DNA of 63,953 bases, filler included. It is 6 parts of 6 records of this genome, joined end to end, with 100 filler letters (N's around TTAATTAATTAA, not from the genome) between each part and the next. Parts side by side here need not be neighbours in the genome. Positions count along the whole stretch, not along the records: positions 58,310 to 63,953 come from DRR378314_2704; 5 more parts are not named here. One strand, 5' to 3'. Positions 60,772 to 63,953 of this stretch are shown piece by piece (the stretch's first letter is position 1; every line of letters starts with the position of its first letter). A program made the position numbers and the translations under genes. The notes below the pieces were generated by a model. The model did not search any database, was not told the origin of the DNA, and worked only from the letters and a program-made list of their open reading frames with translations.

Positions 60772-61620
60772 TCAATCGTCGGCGCGCAGCTCCTGCCGCT
60801 GACGACCAAGCCCTTGAATTTCCAGCTCCATCACATCGCCATCCCGTAGGAAGATCGTAGTGGGCTTTTGCCCCATTCCGACACCTGGCGGGGTGCCGGT
60901 GGCAATCAAATCGCCGGGGTGCAGGGTCATCAGCTGACTCAAATGGCTGATGACCTCGGCCACGGAGAATATCATCTTGTCCGTGTTTCCGGTCTGCATC
61001 CGTCGGCCATTTACATCGCAGGACAGCATGAGGTCTTGTGGATCTGCAACTTCGTCGGCAGTCACCAGCCATGGGCCGATCGGGCCGAAGGTGTCGCAGC
61101 TCTTGCCCTTTGTCCATTGTCCGGTCAGCTGCATCTGAAAGTCCCGCTCGGAGACATCATTGACGATGCAATATCCCGCCACATGATCCAGTGCGTCTTC
61201 CACAGCGACGTATTTGACCGCAGTTCCGATCACAACGCCCAGTTCGACTTCCCAGTCTGTCTTTGTCGATCCCCGGGGAATGCGGACCTCATCGTTCGGT
61301 CCGACGATGCATGAATTTGCTTTCATGAAAAGAATGGGGTGTTCAGGCGCAGCTGCACCGACCTCCTCGGCATGATCGGAATAGTTGAGTCCGATACAGA
61401 GAAACTTGCCCACGCCACCAACGCAGGGGGCGTAGTCGATTTCGCCCATCAGCTCCGGCAAGGCGCTGGCATCCAGCGCCCGGATCCCGGCCAACACCGA
61501 CGGATTCAGCGTCTCCGGCGTCACATCCCCCACGTGGATCGACAGATCCCGCGCCACGCCCGACTCATCCATCAGACCCGGCTTCACCCCGTCCGCCGTG
61601 CGGTACCGAAACAGTTTCAT
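60772..61620 (-). CDS. fumarylacetoacetate hydrolase family protein
   Basis: CIGLNYSDH, DWEVELGVVIG, NDVSERD, GKSCDTF and TGTPPGVG. Confidence 0.93.
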   Translation of the reverse strand: MKLFRYRTADGVKPGLMDESGVARDLSIHVGDVTPETLNPSVLAGIRALDASALPELMGEIDYAPCVGGVGKFLCIGLNYSDHAEEVGAAAPEHPILFMKANSCIVGPNDEVRIPRGSTKTDWEVELGVVIGTAVKYVAVEDALDHVAGYCIVNDVSERDFQMQLTGQWTKGKSCDTFGPIGPWLVTADEVADPQDLMLSCDVNGRRMQTGNTDKMIFSVAEVISHLSQLMTLHPGDLIATGTPPGVGMGQKPTTIFLRDGDVMELEIQGLGRQRQELRADD

Positions 61621-61699
61621 ATGCTCTCTCCCTGAAAATATCGCGCCGCTCCGCCGCACCATCGCGCGCGGTCGGATCGGCAGATCACCTGCCTGCAGG

Positions 61700-63953
61700 C
61701 TAACTGGAAACGTAGCCCGCAACCACCTGCAGCAGCTTGAAGGCCGTGTTGGCGTCGTTCTCCACCACCGCGAGGAATTCCTCCTCACCGATCCGCAGGC
61801 AGGTGAGGTCGCTTTCGGCGATCATCGACAGGGCCCGGGGTTCCTTGCGGATCAGGCCCAGCTCGCCCACCAGGCGGCCGGGGCCGACCTTGGCAATAAG
61901 CTGCCCCTCCGCGCCCTCGTCTTCAGCCGGCAGGTAGAGCCCCGCCTCCCCTTCGATGATCATATAGGCGCCGTCGGTGGCCGCATCATCCTTGTGGAAA
62001 ACTGCCGTGCCCGGCGTGGCCTCGAACCAACGCGCGCCAAAGGCCAGCAGGCGCAGCTGACGACGATTGAGACCAGAGAACAGTTCGGTGCTCTCCAAGG
62101 CGCGCAGCTTGCGCGACAGGTCCGCCGCCGCGGCGCTGTCCTCATCGACGGCCTCACGCACATCAGCACGTTCGTCCTTCAGTCGGCCCTGGCGCATCTC
62201 GAAGTAGTGATCGAACCGATCGGGGTCGCGAAAGGCAGGTTCGAGGAAGATCAGCGTGGTGTCCGGCAGCAGGTCCCGCAGGTTGTCCTGCATCGCCCGG
62301 CGGGTGTCGCGATCAAAGCTGGCCAAGGCACTGTCGAGGATCAGGATGTCCGGGCGTTTGATTGAGGCCCGGCAGAAGGCCAGCGGCTCGGCAAAGCTCT
62401 GTCCCAACCCCTGACCGCCAACGGAGACCGGCAGCTCGAAGATCAGCTCCACCACCATTTCGCGCACGCCTGCCTTGTCGATCACCTCGGCGACAGTGCG
62501 CCGCAGATCCTCGACGCGCGCCCCGGCGCTGTCGGAAATCTTGCCGAAGATGGCATTCTCCAACACCGTGAAACCGGGGGCAAATTCGCTTTTGCTGAGC
62601 GGCACGAAGATGTCATCAAGCGTGTCCAGCAATTCACGCCCATGACTGTCACGCAAGGACAGGATGCGATCCTCGATTTCGGTGCTGAAGGCGGGTCCCA
62701 GCGCCTCAGCAGAGATCGAGAAAGGCACAATCATCATCTGCGCCAGCTCTTCCGGGTCGAGCGCCTCCGCGCCCTTGGATTTCACCTTCTGCAACAGCTG
62801 CAATGCCGCCTCATAATCCGATGCCTCCAGCCCCAGCTTGCGGAAGAGGGGATGCACCGTACCATCCATGCCGAAGATCTGCCGCAGCATCTCCAGCACG
62901 TCCTGCGCCAGATTGACCAGATCGGTGTCGAGTCCAATGCGGCGCACGGTTTGCAAAAAGTCATGTTGTTCGCGCAGCAGTTCAAAGGTGATGGGCACCG
63001 AGCGCGTCGCATAAAGCAGGTTTTCCACCACCGGCAGCGTCGGGTTGTAATATTCACGGTTGTTGAAATGGGCAAAGGCATCCAGCCCGGCGTCCATCAG
63101 GGCCTGCTGCACCTGGGGGCGCAGTTCGACCAGCGCATTGGCCAGTTGTGGATGCTCACTGCTCACAAAAACCTGATCCATGCCGCGCCGCAGAAGCGCG
63201 GTGTCCGAACCGATGCCCTCGACGATGCGCAGCCACCAATCGCGCAGCTCGTCAGCCTTTTCAAAACCGGCGATCGTCGGATCGACCCAGTTCACTCCAA
63301 ACGGATCGGCGCTGTTGCCCGCCCGGATCGCGTCGCGCTGCGCCCGCGGATCAGTGGGATCTTCCAGCGGCCGGATGCGCAGCGGCATCAATACGTTTTC
63401 CCCGAAAGACCCCTGAAACAGCGCCGGTCTCGATGTGGCATGCCCGATGCGAGTGGCAAGCACCATCTGGTGCAGGTCGCGAATGCCGTAGCCCGCCAGC
63501 GTCACCGTGCCGGAGGCGGGCAGCACCTCGCGAGTCAGCACCTCGGCCAGGGCGCGGCGGTCCTCTTCCGACGGGGCGGCAATGCCGATCAGCTCGCCCT
63601 TGGGGAAGGTCGCTGACAATTCTTCCAGCACCAGATTGCCATCGGCATCGCGCACGCTGACCCCGTCCAGTACGATGTCGCCATGCAGATGCGGCAGCTC
63701 CTCCGGCTCACCCTGCATCAGGCGTTCGTCCACCATGTCCGGCGGCGCGAACCGTTCCAGGATTACCTCCCAGCGCAGCCCCATGTCCTGGGTCTGGTTG
63801 TAATAGGTCAGCAGTTCCTTCCAAGGCGAGGCCAAATCCTTGTAGGCCGCCAGCGCCGCCACCAGCGCGCCGAGAGAGACCTTGCCCTCCAGCACCAGAT
63901 AACCGCCCACCGCATAGAAGAAGAACGGCGTCAGCTGGGTGATGAAGTTGTTG
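61700..63953 (-). CDS. ABC transporter (TMD plus degenerate, split NBD) fused to a C-terminal cyclic-nucleotide-binding domain; 5' truncated
   Basis: TMD end (FFYAVGGYLVL..SLGALVA), NBD remnants (LFQGSFGENV; RPDILILDSALASFD) and cNMP domain (LFSGL..QLRLLA, GELGLI..EPRALS). Confidence 0.85.
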   Translation of the reverse strand, partial: NNFITQLTPFFFYAVGGYLVLEGKVSLGALVAALAAYKDLASPWKELLTYYNQTQDMGLRWEVILERFAPPDMVDERLMQGEPEELPHLHGDIVLDGVSVRDADGNLVLEELSATFPKGELIGIAAPSEEDRRALAEVLTREVLPASGTVTLAGYGIRDLHQMVLATRIGHATSRPALFQGSFGENVLMPLRIRPLEDPTDPRAQRDAIRAGNSADPFGVNWVDPTIAGFEKADELRDWWLRIVEGIGSDTALLRRGMDQVFVSSEHPQLANALVELRPQVQQALMDAGLDAFAHFNNREYYNPTLPVVENLLYATRSVPITFELLREQHDFLQTVRRIGLDTDLVNLAQDVLEMLRQIFGMDGTVHPLFRKLGLEASDYEAALQLLQKVKSKGAEALDPEELAQMMIVPFSISAEALGPAFSTEIEDRILSLRDSHGRELLDTLDDIFVPLSKSEFAPGFTVLENAIFGKISDSAGARVEDLRRTVAEVIDKAGVREMVVELIFELPVSVGGQGLGQSFAEPLAFCRASIKRPDILILDSALASFDRDTRRAMQDNLRDLLPDTTLIFLEPAFRDPDRFDHYFEMRQGRLKDERADVREAVDEDSAAAADLSRKLRALESTELFSGLNRRQLRLLAFGARWFEATPGTAVFHKDDAATDGAYMIIEGEAGLYLPAEDEGAEGQLIAKVGPGRLVGELGLIRKEPRALSMIAESDLTCLRIGEEEFLAVVENDANTAFKLLQVVAGYVSS

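Overview
This window is not one genomic locus. It is six unrelated assembled contigs joined by identical 100-nt artificial spacers (N44-TTAATTAATTAA-N44). Contig 1 (1-20670) and contig 3 (29188-38025) are high-GC gammaproteobacterial DNA that looks like Alcanivoracaceae. They carry amt with a sigma-54 promoter, lipid-metabolism enzymes, xthA, sixA-gpsA, htpG, sucB-lpdA-sucCD, speA/speE, a DEAD-box helicase and a second amt. Contig 2 (20771-29087) is eukaryotic nuclear DNA. It holds a complete 7-exon RPN11 proteasome gene that splices to 309 aa, a divergent intron-split DGAT1/MBOAT-like fragment and a convergent, 5'-truncated Rab escort protein (REP/GDI) gene. Contigs 4 (38126-45914) and 5 (46015-58209) look like Marinobacter (hemE, gltBD, NUDIX-MBL fusion, PEP-CTERM protein with sigma-54/enhancer, fadE). 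Contig 6 (58310-63953) looks like Rhodobacteraceae (enolase-family enzyme, SqrR/BigR-like ArsR, FAH, ABC-cNMP fusion). Taxon calls are inferences from codon usage and protein style, not search results. The most interesting signals are: (i) a stand-alone voltage-sensor-like (S1-S4) membrane protein with no pore, coupled to xthA; (ii) a dispersed palindromic element with a conserved core and variable arms, found in 4 copies, three of them at contig breaks; (iii) an amt coupled to an unknown protein instead of glnK; (iv) an ABC exporter with a degenerate, split NBD fused to a cNMP-binding domain; (v) the unidentified intron-rich protist. I found no CRISPR array, rRNA, tRNA or transposase.
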